The position numbers and the translations under genes were made by a program. A stretch of DNA of 64,000 bases from Octopus sinensis (lineage: Eukaryota): positions 24,304,001 through 24,368,000 of the forward strand of contig NC_043004.1 of the NCBI RefSeq assembly GCF_006345805.1, written 5' to 3'. Under the pieces are notes generated by a model. The model made no database searches. It had not been told where the DNA came from and worked only from the letters and a program-made list of their open reading frames with translations. Shown here piece after piece: positions 1 through 12,496 of the stretch. The first letter of the stretch is position 1, and each line of letters begins with the position of its first letter.

Positions 1-1035
1 TTGTAAAATTGATACATAAGCATGTATCTATCTACGGAAGTGTCACAGCTATTGTTAAAGCAAACGAATAGAAATAGCAATACACCTAATTCTTATATCT
101 AATTCTAGTTATAAAGGTGCATACTTGTATATAACTGTAATATCAGTTGACGAGAATGCTCGACAAGGAAGAAATACTATAAAATTTCATAGGATTACTT
201 GGAGTATTTAGCACTATTAGATTTATAAAAACAAATAGAATATAAACAATTGCATCGTGGAAGTTTTCTATAAGCTTTGCGACCTGCTCACGGACAACAT
301 TCCGCGCGGCACGGAATTTTATCAGTGAACAGGTTGCGGTTTCAAAGCGACGAAAATATTTTGACAAATTTAATTTAAATGTTGAAGTGAATCTAATGGT
401 TTTTGTGCGCTTTTAAATAGCTTATAAACGCCTTCCACGCTGCAATTATTTTTGTTTCAGCACATGATCTCAGATCAGGTCACATGCTATGCAAGTACAT
501 CTCTGTAAATAAGATATATGTTGCATGTATTAAATTTGATGCCTTATGTTACAACCTGCTGTCCATGTGCTAAGATCATCAGTCGTTAATTCTCACAATT
601 CATTAGTCTTAATTCTCATTCTGCTTCATTGATTCCCTGCCGAGTGACGTTGACGGAAACTGGTCAGATACATGAAGTTAGAAAAGAGTTACAAATACTT
701 AGTGTCCTCTTTCTGTTGCAATTATCTGTACGAAGTAATTTCACCAAATTTACGTTACTAAACTCTAGGGAAATATATCTAGGTGCAACATATCTTATTT
801 TGTAATTCATCTAAAATTATGAACCTTTGAGACTAGTAAATAAAAGAAACCAATATTTTGAAAGAAAGAGACAGTAAGAACAGTGTATCGGTAGAAATTG
901 CACTCAGCCAGACTTCATGAATTCCAATTTGTTAATGCCCTCATTTCATTTAACATTAGTATTAACTTCATTATAATCGATAATATGAATTCCAATCATA
1001 CTATAAGGTTCTATAGATAGCATCAGTAATATGAG

Positions 1036-1054
1036 ATCATCATCATTATTATTA

Positions 1055-1110
<56 letters not shown>

Positions 1111-1127
1111 ATTATTATTATTATTAT
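1036..1127. repeat. (ATC)/(ATT)n microsatellite forming the tail or target of the adjacent minus-strand LINE
   Basis: Visible trinucleotide array abutting the LINE 3' end. Confidence 0.95.
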
Positions 1128-1695
1128 GTGTTTAACTTTTAATTTGTATTTGTACAAGTTGATTCCCAGTCTCACCCAGAGACCTCAAGAGACAACAAGT
1201 TAGATTTTTGTGTTGGTGCTATGCGTAGTGTGTCATATATTTGGTTTAGCACAGTATTGTTCTAGAGAATGTTTAAGAAACCATAAGAAAACTATGAGTT
1301 TGTTTTAAAATTTGAGATTACATAGTCAGTATTTTACGTAGGATATGGGCAGTTCCCATGAGCACTTTAATTTCAATTTCTGCCATTTTGGGGTTTCTTG
1401 ATATATGGGCTAGGTAGAAATCAGCCCCTTTTGCTATCATTCCTAGGGCACCTATGACAACAGGTATTGTTTTAGTCTTCAGGTTGCACATTTTGCCAAT
1501 TTCTATTTCAAGATCTTTATCCTTGCTCAGTTTTTGGCAGGTCTTGACAGATACATTTATGTCGACTAGGGCAGTATATCAATGAAGAGGTGTGATTTAT
1601 GTCTGAAGTCTTTCAATATCATGTCTGGCCTATTCGCATCTATCTTTCTGTCAGTTTGAATGATGAAGTTCCAGAGGAGTGGAATGTGATTTGAG
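1128..1695 (-). mobile_element. Dong/R4-clade non-LTR retrotransposon, 5'-truncated 3' fragment (RLE endonuclease plus 3'UTR)
   Basis: The reverse complement aligns by eye to 60400-60950 and encodes KIDANRPDMILKDFR...KDLEIEIGK...VIGALG...LMGTAHILRK, ending in (TAA)n. Confidence 0.85.
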
Positions 1696-1699
1696 CTCT

Positions 1700-1765
1700 G
1701 AGGCCTATCTAATCGACTTTCCAAAAAATTCCGGCCTCGTGTCTAAAATATAAAGTATTATTTTC
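1700..1765 (-). mobile_element. SINE family S3, short 3' fragment
   Basis: Matches the S3 3' segment (gtcgatta...ggcc...gtgtctaaa) seen in other copies. Confidence 0.45.
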
Positions 1766-2779
1766 AGGGAAAATATTGGAGTGTATCAACTCGACGGATA
1801 TGCCGAGACAAACTACTTTTGTCTCTAAAGAACCTAACTGTATGTAATAAAATACTTGAAGACCAAAATTGATAATGTCTTCTAATTGTTTAATAATCTT
1901 GTACTCTGTTGTATTTAGTTGCGGTATAATTTACCGGAGGAGTTTGCTTGTGTATTTTTGCTGCCCGCAGTTAGTTTTCTTTCAATAATGTGGTAAACAG
2001 TAGCGATCTTTTATGCGTTTACCACCGAAAATATTTTATGCCAGTTAACTTATAAATACATGTGATTACACCACGAAACTTTCGCTTCGTGTTATGACCA
2101 CAAGATTTTTTAAGTACCGACTGTATTGACATATTTACGGCATTACAACGTAAATAGACAAAACGACAAATAACTGGTTGTTCCTGCACAACCACTACAC
2201 ATCCCATGTAATTAGATGAAGAGACTGCACCAAATTTTGTACTTTGCTAAGATTATCAATACTTGGAACATCAAAGCAAAATTCTGAATAAAGCACTTGA
2301 AGTGAATTACTTCATCCCATCACAATCATAGATATCTAACTTGAAAACTAAAACTATCCCAAGAGTGAAAGAGTGAAAGCCTAATGGAATGCATTTTTCA
2401 TTATTTTGCTTTCTCTTCAAACAGAATTTTTTTTCTTATTAATTAGAATCTTCAGAATCAAGAAATCCCTTGTGCCATTCTAAAATAAACAACTATATGG
2501 GAATTCAATGATTAACTACAATATCTTCTCCACCAAAATAGCACATTTTCAAAAACCTGTTCAGAAAATAATATTTTCTTCATTAAATTTAAGTCATAAG
2601 CTACGAAATTATTTAAACGCACATACATGCATGTACACACAGATATATCTCAACATGTACATTGATGTGCATTTACACGCGCACGTACACATATATGCGC
2701 CTGCACAAACACACACGTGTATACCAAAAAAGTCACGCGAATAAATAAAAATAGACTCGCATAAGATAGTTGGGACGGA

Positions 2780-3100
2780 ATACTCCAGGACGCACATAAA
2801 CATGTAAACGTTTGAGTGGACAGGATGGCATTTAAACACAAACTTCAAACGAATTCATACGAAGAGACAGCGAAAGAAAGTATGTGAAATATATCAGATC
2901 TTCCAATGAATCTTGGCCTTACGCCAGCGGCAGTGGAAAGTGCGGTTTTTGCGATGTAGAAACATGGCTAATCTGGAAAATTTCTTTCGACCCCACTACA
3001 TGTCTAAATTCAAGAAATGAACTTTTTGGGTCATGTCCAGATATGGCAAAACATTTGCTACGTTTTTGGAGTCCCAATGATCACAGATAGAACCTGCTTT
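2780..3100 (+). mobile_element. Penelope-like element (PLE) remnant, C-terminal part of the GIY-YIG endonuclease region
   Basis: ORF 2884-3090 WPYASGSGKCGFCDVETWLI...TCLNSRNELFGSC...KHLL fits the PY..G.K.C.LC..EK..I...LN.R.EL...C.H..K.LL pattern I recall for PLE C-termini. Confidence 0.6.
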
Positions 3101-3468
3101 TTATGTTATGTCCGCGTACACGCCTTTCATATGTCTCAACATCTATATATTTCTTATATATATTTTATTGCTTTATATATTTTTTGTATATTATTTTTCA
3201 CGCTTTATAATTGAGTAACTTATACGCGTGTAGTGTAATTCTAATGTGTATGTGCGTGCATATATACATATGTACGAATGATTGTATATATACGAGTGCA
3301 AGACTATACCTGTTGTATTTGTCTCGTTCCTTCATACATATATGCATGTATATACGTTTATATATCTGCATGTGTTTGAGAGACAGAAGGGTATATTTGT
3401 GTATATACATAAATAACTCATTTGTATATTCAAGTTTTGCGGCGAATGTGAATGTTTTACGGTTTATG

Positions 3469-3725
3469 TTTTTTGCGTATGTGTCTTTATTTGTATATAC
3501 GTCTACCCGCGTATGCATGTGCTTGTGCGTATAGACTACGTTTTGTAGATCCGCGTATGTATGTTTATCGGCGTATAGAGATGTGTATATGAACATAATC
3601 TTCCGTGAGTTTTTGCGTATGTTTTTTATTTGTATATACGTCTATCCGCGTATGTATATGCATGTGCGTATAAACTACGTTTTGTATATCTGCGTTTGTA
3701 TGTGTGTAGAAATGTGTATATGAGC
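3469..3725 (+). repeat. Diverged tandem duplication, period about 140 bp
   Basis: ttttgcgtatgt..tttatttgtatatacgtcta.ccgcgtatg...actacgttttgta.atc.gcgt recurs at 3469 and 3610. Confidence 0.85.
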
Positions 3726-3970
3726 GAAGTGATGCGTGCATGGGTATATGTGTGTGTGTATGTGCATGTATGCGTAGACATATATACGCATATATGTGTG
3801 TTTGTATGTATATGTACACGCGTGAGTGAGTATGTATATAGATATATATACATACATGTGTGTGTATGTGTGTATATGTGTGCATATGCGGATTCTATGA
3901 ACGAAGATTTACTTTCCCCATGCCTATTGGAGTAATTTCCCTTCATTCAACAGCTTCATAGCGTTTTTGT

Positions 3971-4044
3971 TTGTCTTAATAACTGATGAGATGCCGCAGC
4001 AGACTTCAGCCTCGGCATCTGAAACTCGGAGTTTATTATGACAA
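3971..4044 (+). ncRNA. Type I hammerhead-ribozyme-like motif (imperfect)
   Basis: ttgtcttaataa-CTGATGA(3983)-gatgccg/cggcatc stem II-t-GAAAC(4021)-tcgga-GTT-tattatgacaa; stem I strands are 11/12 complementary. Confidence 0.6.
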
Positions 4045-4100
4045 CCAACTAATTATCACATGTTACATATGTATATATACATATATATTTATATACACAC

Positions 4101-4147
<47 letters not shown>

Positions 4148-4261
4148 CATAAATATATATATACATACATTCCATACATATGCATATACATGCATTTATA
4201 TGGATAATTAGATAGATACCTACATAAGTACATAGATATAGAAATGGATATATGTCGGAGT

Positions 4262-4317
<56 letters not shown>

Positions 4318-4829
4318 CACATGTTCTCATTCATCTGCAGATTAAAAACTGTACCTACTTCATTCAACAAAGAATTTGTCAGAACAATCGACAATAAAAT
4401 ATTTGTAACTAAAGATGAAAACTTTGTAAAGTAGGACACTTTTTCAATATATACATACATTTGTAGTTCTGAGAATGTATCCTTTATGAATCAACACATA
4501 TTTCTCATTTTGTCGGGAATTATATTGTAAGCCTGTCATACTAAACTATATCTTTGCTGTTAATTTATACACAAAACACTTTCTTCTCTGTTTATGTTTC
4601 TTTAAAAAAAAGTGAACACATATTTGCTTCCTGGTCGAAGTAAGGAGATACAGTGTAACAGATTGGATATATATTTTTAGCTTTAAAGTGAATGGGCTTT
4701 GAGAGAATAGGGGTGTCTAGTGTTCGCTTGTTTCTTATTGCTATATTAGTGTACGATTCCGACTGCGTTTGAAAAAAAGCAAACCACAAAATTGAATGTT
4801 TGCCGAAGAAGAATGTTTGTAGTGATTAA

Positions 4830-5110
4830 AGCTGGACTCCTGAAGTCGGAATATCTTCCTCGATCGTCCTTTGTCCGATTCCCTCCTCAGCCCTTGCTAC
4901 GAACAATGTGTCTCCTTACCATCCAGTAACTCTCCTTACCATCCAGTATTACTCCTTCTCCTCCTTATTGCCACCAACGTACACATACAAACATTCTATA
5001 CTTGCACCATATAATTTTACTTCTAGTTCTACAAATGTGCCAACTTCTGTGCCTGTAAGTATTTCTCGAAACTCATCACCAACTTCCTTGATATCTTCTT
5101 TGCATTTCTA
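4830..5110 (-). mobile_element. RTE-like LINE 3' remnant with a small internal tandem duplication
   Basis: The minus strand gives RKLVMSFEKYL and ...KGRSRK-like segments resembling the RTE C-terminus; tctccttaccatccagta occurs twice (4911, 4931). Confidence 0.4.
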
Positions 5111-5290
5111 GTAGTGGCTGTCTCTTCCCACACACACGACGCGGCGCATGCAGCCATTTCATTACCATCGAATTCATTATACTTTTTTCATTTTTCATTC
5201 GTTTTATGTTTTTTGTCCCCACTGTGATGTTCTGTCTGTCCTTGTGCCGTCCCCCTCTGTGTATGTGCCTGAGTGCTCAAATAAAGAAAG

Positions 5291-5696
5291 CATGCCCCTT
5301 GGTGGCTGACAATATGTGCAGCTCTGATCACGAGGAGAAGTAGTGGAGGAGCATCACAGCCGTGTCTTGAGAGGAATTATTTGGGGCTTCGATAATTCAC
5401 ATCTGGAAACATAGATGTTTCATTCAACATCTGTAAACAACCCTTATTCAGGGAGCTTTTCAGCTGGGTGGGTTAACTTACCTGAAGAAAATTCTAACTG
5501 GGCTCCACTTGCATGAACTTAAAAGTTCATGCGCTGTTTATCTTCATATTAGATCACCATGTCACGCACACATGGTTGTAATGCATGTGCCTAGCGTACC
5601 CTTATCAGACAGGTAGTCATAATGGGTACATTGGGCTTCGTATATTTGTACTCAAGAGTCACTTTGATGGCATGCGCTGCTCTCTCACTCAATAAT
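5291..5696 (+). mobile_element. TAA-tailed non-autonomous element, 5'-truncated copy
   Basis: Homologous to 21001-21560 and 61253-61590; ends gctctctcactc-aataat. Confidence 0.85.
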
Positions 5697-5915
5697 GAGA
5701 ACAATATTTGGAGAAGGTTTAGAAAATATTATTTGGAGAGACTTGGTAAGTGTTATAGCAGTCAAAGCAAAACCAGTGGAACAAACTGAGTATGTTATGC
5801 TGTTAAGAGATTTATACCTCCCAGGTGATATACAGATTGAGACTAGAATACCACACAATGATAACAATATGAGACTTTAGTTTTTCTATCATTCCACCGC
5901 CACAGGCTGGTTCTG

Positions 5916-5979
<64 letters not shown>

Positions 5980-6026
5980 CACGTATATACATGAGTGTGT
6001 ATGCATGTGTGTATATATACATATAT

Positions 6027-6059
<33 letters not shown>

Positions 6060-6920
6060 CGCACAAGTATTCTTTTGTGTAGAAGCAGAAACATGTGCAT
6101 AATTATCTTTCATTGCATATAAAATATAGGTATAATGATAATATGTATTCTCGTGCGTATAAGTTTGTGTATGTGTGAGTATGTGTGTTTGTGTGTATAT
6201 GTGCGTGAGTGTGCATGTGCGTTTTAATAGTATACAAATGCGTGCGAATCGAACAGACATGTATGTAGGGTTATAACTAAATTTTAAAATATTAGAATAT
6301 TGCGTTAGATATCTTTACGAAGTAATGGTGGTTAGAAGTGATATTTGTCTCTAGGCTGTTTCTGGAACAAACAGAGCACAGATACCAAAGAGAAATCATT
6401 TAATTCGCCCAAGGATGAATAACAAACCAGTGACTCTTTTCAGCACATAAAATATTCAAGATTATCGATTCAGTTATTAGGCAAAAATAGATTTTGGTAA
6501 GATACTGCTATTCATGCAAATGCTGTGGTTATCTAAAGGCACGTGTTAAGAGTCTTATACTTTTGTCTGCGAATGCTCCACTTAAGGTTTTCTAGATGTA
6601 TTGTTGCTAACAAGCTGAAGCTAGTGATCACAGAATGAAGTAGTTGCCACCTAAATCTCTTCTGCTTGAAACTAATTTCAGCGTAAAATCATTGGTGACA
6701 CGATTTCCTGACATTACGCTTCAATATGACAAATGTATTCTGTTCGATTGAGTGGAGGTCCGTCAGATATTGATATAACAGACATATTCTCAGAAACAGG
6801 AAAAATGAAATATATTAATGTATGCATGCACTTCTCGATATCTTCATACGTCCGGGCATAGCATATATACATCATGCGTGTGTATACACTCACACACACA
6901 CACACACATATGTTTATATA

Positions 6921-7020
6921 TCATCATCATCATCATTTAGCGTCCGTTTTCCATGCTAGCATGGGTTGGACGGTTCAGCTGGGGTCTGTGAAGCCGGAAG
7001 GCTTCATCAGGCCCAGTCAG
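6921..7020 (-). mobile_element. RTE-type LINE/SINE 3' tail ending in (TGA)n
   Basis: The minus strand ends catgctagcatggaaaacggacgctaaatgatgatgatg, a short-tandem-repeat tail typical of RTE-related elements. Confidence 0.6.
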
Positions 7021-7100
7021 ATATATATATATATATATATATATAGATATATATATATATATATATATGTATGTATATATATATTGTATATATATATATG

Positions 7101-7139
<39 letters not shown>

Positions 7140-7153
7140 GTGTGTGTGTGTAT

Positions 7154-7189
<36 letters not shown>

Positions 7190-7193
7190 TATG

Positions 7194-7232
<39 letters not shown>

Positions 7233-7247
7233 GTGTGTGTGTGTATG

Positions 7248-7301
<54 letters not shown>

Positions 7302-7337
7302 GATATATATATATATATATTATATATATATATATAT

Positions 7338-7375
<38 letters not shown>

Positions 7376-7400
7376 TATATAATATATATATATATATAAT
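7021..7400. repeat. Long (TA)n array with (GT) inserts
   Basis: Direct inspection; source of several spurious YI-repeat ORFs. Confidence 0.95.
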
Positions 7401-7404
7401 TGTA

Positions 7405-7857
7405 TAATAACATATCATAACATTATTTTCTGATTTGAAGCGACAATTTATAGATACAAACGACTGAAAAATAATGAGCTAACCCCAGTTATTGTTATAC
7501 TATGAGCCTTCCATACTATTCTTCTCTCCGTAACTTACAAACCCGTCCGCATCAGTTTACAAATATTATATTCAATATTAGACAGTTTATGAATATTTTA
7601 ACTAAAATTGGCTGAAATTGATGGGTGAGCGTTTCGCCCATCCGATTCAGAGGTAGCCGTGTTAGCGTTGATTTGTGGATTCGATTCTGGATGGGGTTAG
7701 GTCAACATTTTTCAGTCATTTGTTTGTATTTATAAATTGTCGCTTCAAACTAGAGAATAAAGTATTATTATGATGTTATTATACTCTGAGCCTTCACTAT
7801 GTCGCTTTCTCTCCCTAACCTACAAAGCTTTCTGCGTTTCTATAAAATATTGTATGT
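7405..7857 (+). mobile_element. Two copies of a SINE-like element: a partly inverted copy (7405-7570) and a fuller copy (7610-7857)
   Basis: 7434-7486 is the reverse complement of 7693-7749, while 7490-7570 is a direct copy of 7775-7857; a degenerate tRNA-like head lies at 7610-7690. Confidence 0.65.
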
Positions 7858-7954
7858 TATATATATATATATATATATATATCATACATGCACTAAGTAT
7901 ATATTGTATATTCATCATGCGTATATTTGAAGTATTAAATGCATTGTAAATGTA

Positions 7955-8100
7955 TCAGTGTCGGAGGGGAGGTAAGATGTAACTGTGTATTACGAAATTT
8001 GCATCCGGGTTCAGTTCCACTGCGTCACACATTGGACAAAGGTCATCTACTACATCTTCGGTCCCACTAAATTTGGTAGACGAAAGCACGTCGTGTATAT
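7955..8100 (+). mobile_element. SINE family S1, degenerate 5' half
   Basis: ccgggttcagttccactgcgt...ttggtagacg...gtcgt matches the S1 head at 18449 and 50989. Confidence 0.6.
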
Positions 8101-8110
8101 ATACATATAT

Positions 8111-8177
<67 letters not shown>

Positions 8178-8431
8178 TATAATTTATCAATATAGGGTAG
8201 CAAAAAAATTCAAGAAAAATTCAAGAAAAATTTTCTGCAACCAGCGGTCAAGTGAGAAAATAGAAATAGTCACAGACTATATAATATATTCAACAAAATA
8301 TTAAGGAAAATGATAAATGTTTTTATTTCTCCTTTAGCTTTCAGAATTACTACTATTTTTGCGGTTTGAGTTTTGGCTGCTCTTTTCAAGTGAGTCGAAC
8401 GACCTGTAAGGGTCTTTCCTTAATATTTTGT

Positions 8432-8501
<70 letters not shown>

Positions 8502-8644
8502 TGTATGTGTGTATATATTCATTGTTTTTACGTCCTGTTTTTGTCACATTTTTTTCCTTGTTTTTACCCCTCTGCAAAGGAATTTTATTTAATTCTTTCG
8601 CAGGAAGGACTAGTTCGACGAGACGTATTATATATATATATATA

Positions 8645-8815
8645 GCTGAAAATTATAGAAAACACAAGACGAAGACATGTGAGAGCACAACAAGCAGGTG
8701 TATTAGTTTGACGCTCAGAAAGATTGAAAAAGTATTTGACGTTTCCAGTCTACGTTATTCGTCAGACGAGGTTCGGTGGGAAAATTGAAGAACGGAAAAA
8801 AACCCCAGAGAAAAT
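8645..8815 (-). mobile_element. Short PLE-derived element with hammerhead-like core, copy A
   Basis: The minus strand reads CTGACGA-ataacgtagactg-GAAAC-GTC at 8738-8768; homologous to copies at 26732, 40567 and 53491; abuts (TA)n. Confidence 0.6.
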
Positions 8816-9772
8816 GCTTAGGGCTTAACAGTCTAACATGAACTGACCAGAAGAATGCGGATGAGTGTAAGGGAGATAATAACAGTGACACTGCTGAACT
8901 GTGGTGCGCAAGACTATTTGTGTGTATGCAAGAATGGTATATATGAATGTGTATTTGTGAATGGGAGCGAGTGCGTGTGATTTTATTTGTGAGCGAGCTT
9001 TTAATAGTGTGAACCAGTGTGTGCGTATGGTAGGCCTTGTGTTTATGTATATTAGTAAATACGTCTCTGCGTTCTGTGGATTGAAGTATATTCTGTGTAT
9101 TTATATTTGTGTGTATTGGTGTATATAGAGTACTTGTGTGTGGGTCTGTGTATAGTACATATGTGAGAGACTCTCAGTTGTGTGTCTGTATGTGTTTGAG
9201 TTAGAGCATGAAGTCTGTGTGTAGTCCTATAGATGATGTATGTATAGTTTGTATGTTTATGTGTATATATATATATATATATACCTATAAGCACAAATGA
9301 GGGATCAATAAGGTTAAATCCAACTAGATCCCACATACATATATGAACTCACACATGCGCGCGCACACGCACTTCTGATGTGGATAACATCAGGATTAAG
9401 AACATACAATAAAATATTAAATAAATAAATGAAATAGTAAACTGATAGAAAAGATAGAAAGGGACCAAACAATATCAGCCAAAATGATTGCAATAATGAT
9501 GAGAGATAATGCCATAACATAGAATTAAAATCAGTTGGAGACATTAAATCTACCGTTTGTGTTGTAGGAAAATTGTGACTAAAATTTCTAGGAAAATAAC
9601 AGCCGGTAAGCCCCGAAGAATAAGACTGAATATAGGCTTATAAATAAATCTCCCTAAATATAACGTCGATTTTAATACACGGGTTTGGAAAATCGCTGCG
9701 AAACAAATCCGAACACACTACGCACACCTACACACACTGACATATATATATATATACATACATATTATATTA

Positions 9773-9831
<59 letters not shown>

Positions 9832-9960
9832 GAGAGAGAGGGGGGGGGAAAGATTTACATACTCGGATATGTTTATATCGAACTCTGTCTCTCGCTTTCG
9901 GTCTCTCTTCTGTATCTTTCTCTCTCTTCTTTCTCACGGTGTATATGTGTGCGTGTTATA

Positions 9961-10003
<43 letters not shown>

Positions 10004-10467
10004 ATATATATATATTATTATATATATATATTAATTATAATATATATATATATTACTATTACACACAGAGAGAGGAGCATATAGGAAGATATATATATGT
10101 GTGTGTGTGTGTGTGGTGTGGTGTGTGTGTATGTATGTATATATACCTATACTTACATATGCGTACACACACCCACATATATGTATCTGTATGTGTGCAT
10201 GTATATTCTCTCTCTCTCTCTCTATGTCTGTGTCAATCCCTAAAACTCAAGAACTACCCAAATGATTTCCTTCAAAATTTACACATGCAACGTCATGGAC
10301 AAAAGAAATTTCAACCTCTTACCTAATATGAGCCCACAGTAACCTCTTATCTCTTACATTATTTCAGTATTACTTGTCAAAAGTGAAACAATAATATCTC
10401 TCTATTGCAATGTGAGATACTTTCAATTTAATATATATATATATATACTTATGTATGCATATATTCA

Positions 10468-10653
10468 TGTTTGTTCCCCCCACCATCGCTTGACAACCGA
10501 TGTTGGTGTGTTTACGTCCCCGTAACTTAGCGGTTTCCCATAAGTTACCGATAGAATAAGTATCAGGCTTACAAACAAGCCAGGGTCGATTTCTTCGGCT
10601 AAAAGACGGTGCTCCAGCATGGCCACAGTCAAAATGACTGATACAAGGAAAAG
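10468..10653 (+). mobile_element. SINE family S1, 3' half
   Basis: catcgcttgacaaccgatg.tggtgtgtttacgtccccgtaacttagcgg...ggtgctccagcatggcc.cagtc as in 18850-19030. Confidence 0.85.
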
Positions 10654-10829
10654 TTTAGTTTACTCGTAATGTAATTCCCGGACAGAATCATCGGGACACA
10701 GAGTGTGACAAATTTATGGGGTAATTGTCTCTAAAGTTACGAGGTAATTTTTTACAGGAGGGTTCAAACTGAAGCCAATATTTCTATTGTCATTCAGAAA
10801 TGCTTCGATCATGGAATAAGATCTGGATA

Positions 10830-11232
10830 GTACTAGATAGTAGGTACGTTTCGTAGTTTCCAATATTTATGATGCTTTACTTTTATTTTCATGAAGCTTG
10901 CTGGAAGTTATTATATTTGATATGCTTTTAATGAACACAACCTCGAATATTACTCAGAAGTTTCAACGAACAATCTAGAGCGTTTACCAAATATAGATCC
11001 TCTTATAGTTGACAGAATATAAATTGTAACACTAACTGATTTATACGCTTATATTCTGACATCATTATAAATGTATCAGATAAACAGAAATTTCTCTTAA
11101 TAATATAACTACAGAATGTTCTTAACGCATTTACCACCGTCATCTGTTTGACAGATAAAGCTTAATAATTTCATTAGATAATTGCATAAATAAGTTATGC
11201 AAAGTTTTAAAGGACAGAATAGTATAAAAACT
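10830..11232 (+). repeat. Left arm of a ~400-bp inverted repeat
   Basis: Reverse-complement match to 12092-12493, roughly 85-90 percent identical by eye. Confidence 0.9.
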
Positions 11233-11473
11233 GTAGTCTTCAAAATCATTTGGACGGAAAGAATATAACTTCTACAGACGAGGTCAGAACAGTACTGGAG
11301 GAGTATTTTCGTCACGGACAAATGAATTTTGGAAAAAGTGCCTTGCAAGTCTACCAGACAGATGGAAGAGCATTGTAGAAGATGAAGGAGAGTATATTTT
11401 AGATTAAAAGAACTTTATCTTAATTTTGAAAAATAATCTATAGAAACCGCATTATTTATGGGATGACCCAATA
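11233..11473 (+). pseudogene. Mariner transposase C-terminal fragment plus terminal inverted repeat
   Basis: LQNHLDGKNITSTDEVRTVLEEYF...FWKKCLASLPDRWKSIVEDEGEYILD* (stop at 11405, one frameshift), then TIR cgcattatttatgggatgacccaata. Confidence 0.85.
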
Positions 11474-12091
11474 GAAAGTAAATATATAATATTCTAACGA
11501 AACCTCAAGTCGAAGTCCTGGTATTGCATCTACGTAACACGTTTAGAATTAGTTGGTGTGCGTCTCGTGTCAAGCTAACACATGAAGGTTTAGTTTGTTC
11601 TGTTATGCTAACATAAATAGCACAGTATAATGTGAGCTGAGAAAAATTTACCTAATATTTCTATTATTTTCAAACAACTATAGGTGCTCTCTATGAGTGA
11701 GATAGCAGACATAATTTGGAGAATTGGAATCTTTTTCTCTTAGGTACAGCTACATTGTGATCTTTTTTCTTTAGACGATTCATACGTTCATAAGTACATA
11801 TAAAACCCAAGAGGGTATGATGTGATTATTCAACTGCTTTTGCTAACTGATCTAGCTATTATTGCCTTTATTGCCTCATATATACCCATTTATGTGTGAG
11901 TGTGAATGTGTGTACTGTGTATGTACAAGGCAGTAGATAATGGTTTTAAGGAGAACTTGCGGTTCTGAAACAGTTATATTTTAATTAGGTCTATTTACCA
12001 TGTAAAAGTCTTCATTCACTCTTATACACATAAACATATCAGATGGTAGCAGTTTGCTGACTCAGTCATTTTTAGGTGCAATGATTAGCTT

Positions 12092-12493
12092 CAGATTTTC
12101 ATAGTTTTCTGTTCTTTAAAATGTTGTGTAACTTACATATGCAATTATCTAATGAACATAATTTTGATTTATCTGTTTAACTGATGATGTTGGGAAATGC
12201 TTTAAGAACATCCTGTCGTTATATTATTAAGAGAAATTTCTGTTTATCTGATACAGCTGTACTAAGTTTAGAATATAAGCGATAAATCAGTTATTGTTAC
12301 AATTTATATTCTATCAACTATAAGAGGATCTATATTTGGTAAACGCGGTATATTGTTGAAACTTCTGAGTAATATTCGAGGTTGTGTTCATTAAAAGCAC
12401 ATCAAATATATTACTTCCAGCAAGCTTCATGAAAGTAAAAGTAAAAACATAATAAATATTGAAAACTACGAAATGTACCTACTATCTATGTAC
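12092..12493 (-). repeat. Right arm of the ~400-bp inverted repeat
   Basis: Reverse complement of 10830-11232. Confidence 0.9.
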
Positions 12494-12496
12494 GAG

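Noticed and set aside
143-430. Minus-strand ORF with KFRAARNVVREQVAKLIENFHDAI, vaguely like a Tc1/mariner C-terminus
   Set aside because: No catalytic motif or TIR is visible; the similarity is too weak to call.
5160-5290. Pyrimidine-rich segment ending aataaagaaa, resembling the Tx1 3'UTR at 27.8-27.9 kb
   Set aside because: Only compositional similarity; I could not align it convincingly.
12180-12205. CTGATGA-tgttgg-GAAA hammerhead-like word
   Set aside because: No stem II, I or III pairing, and it is not conserved in the other inverted-repeat arm.
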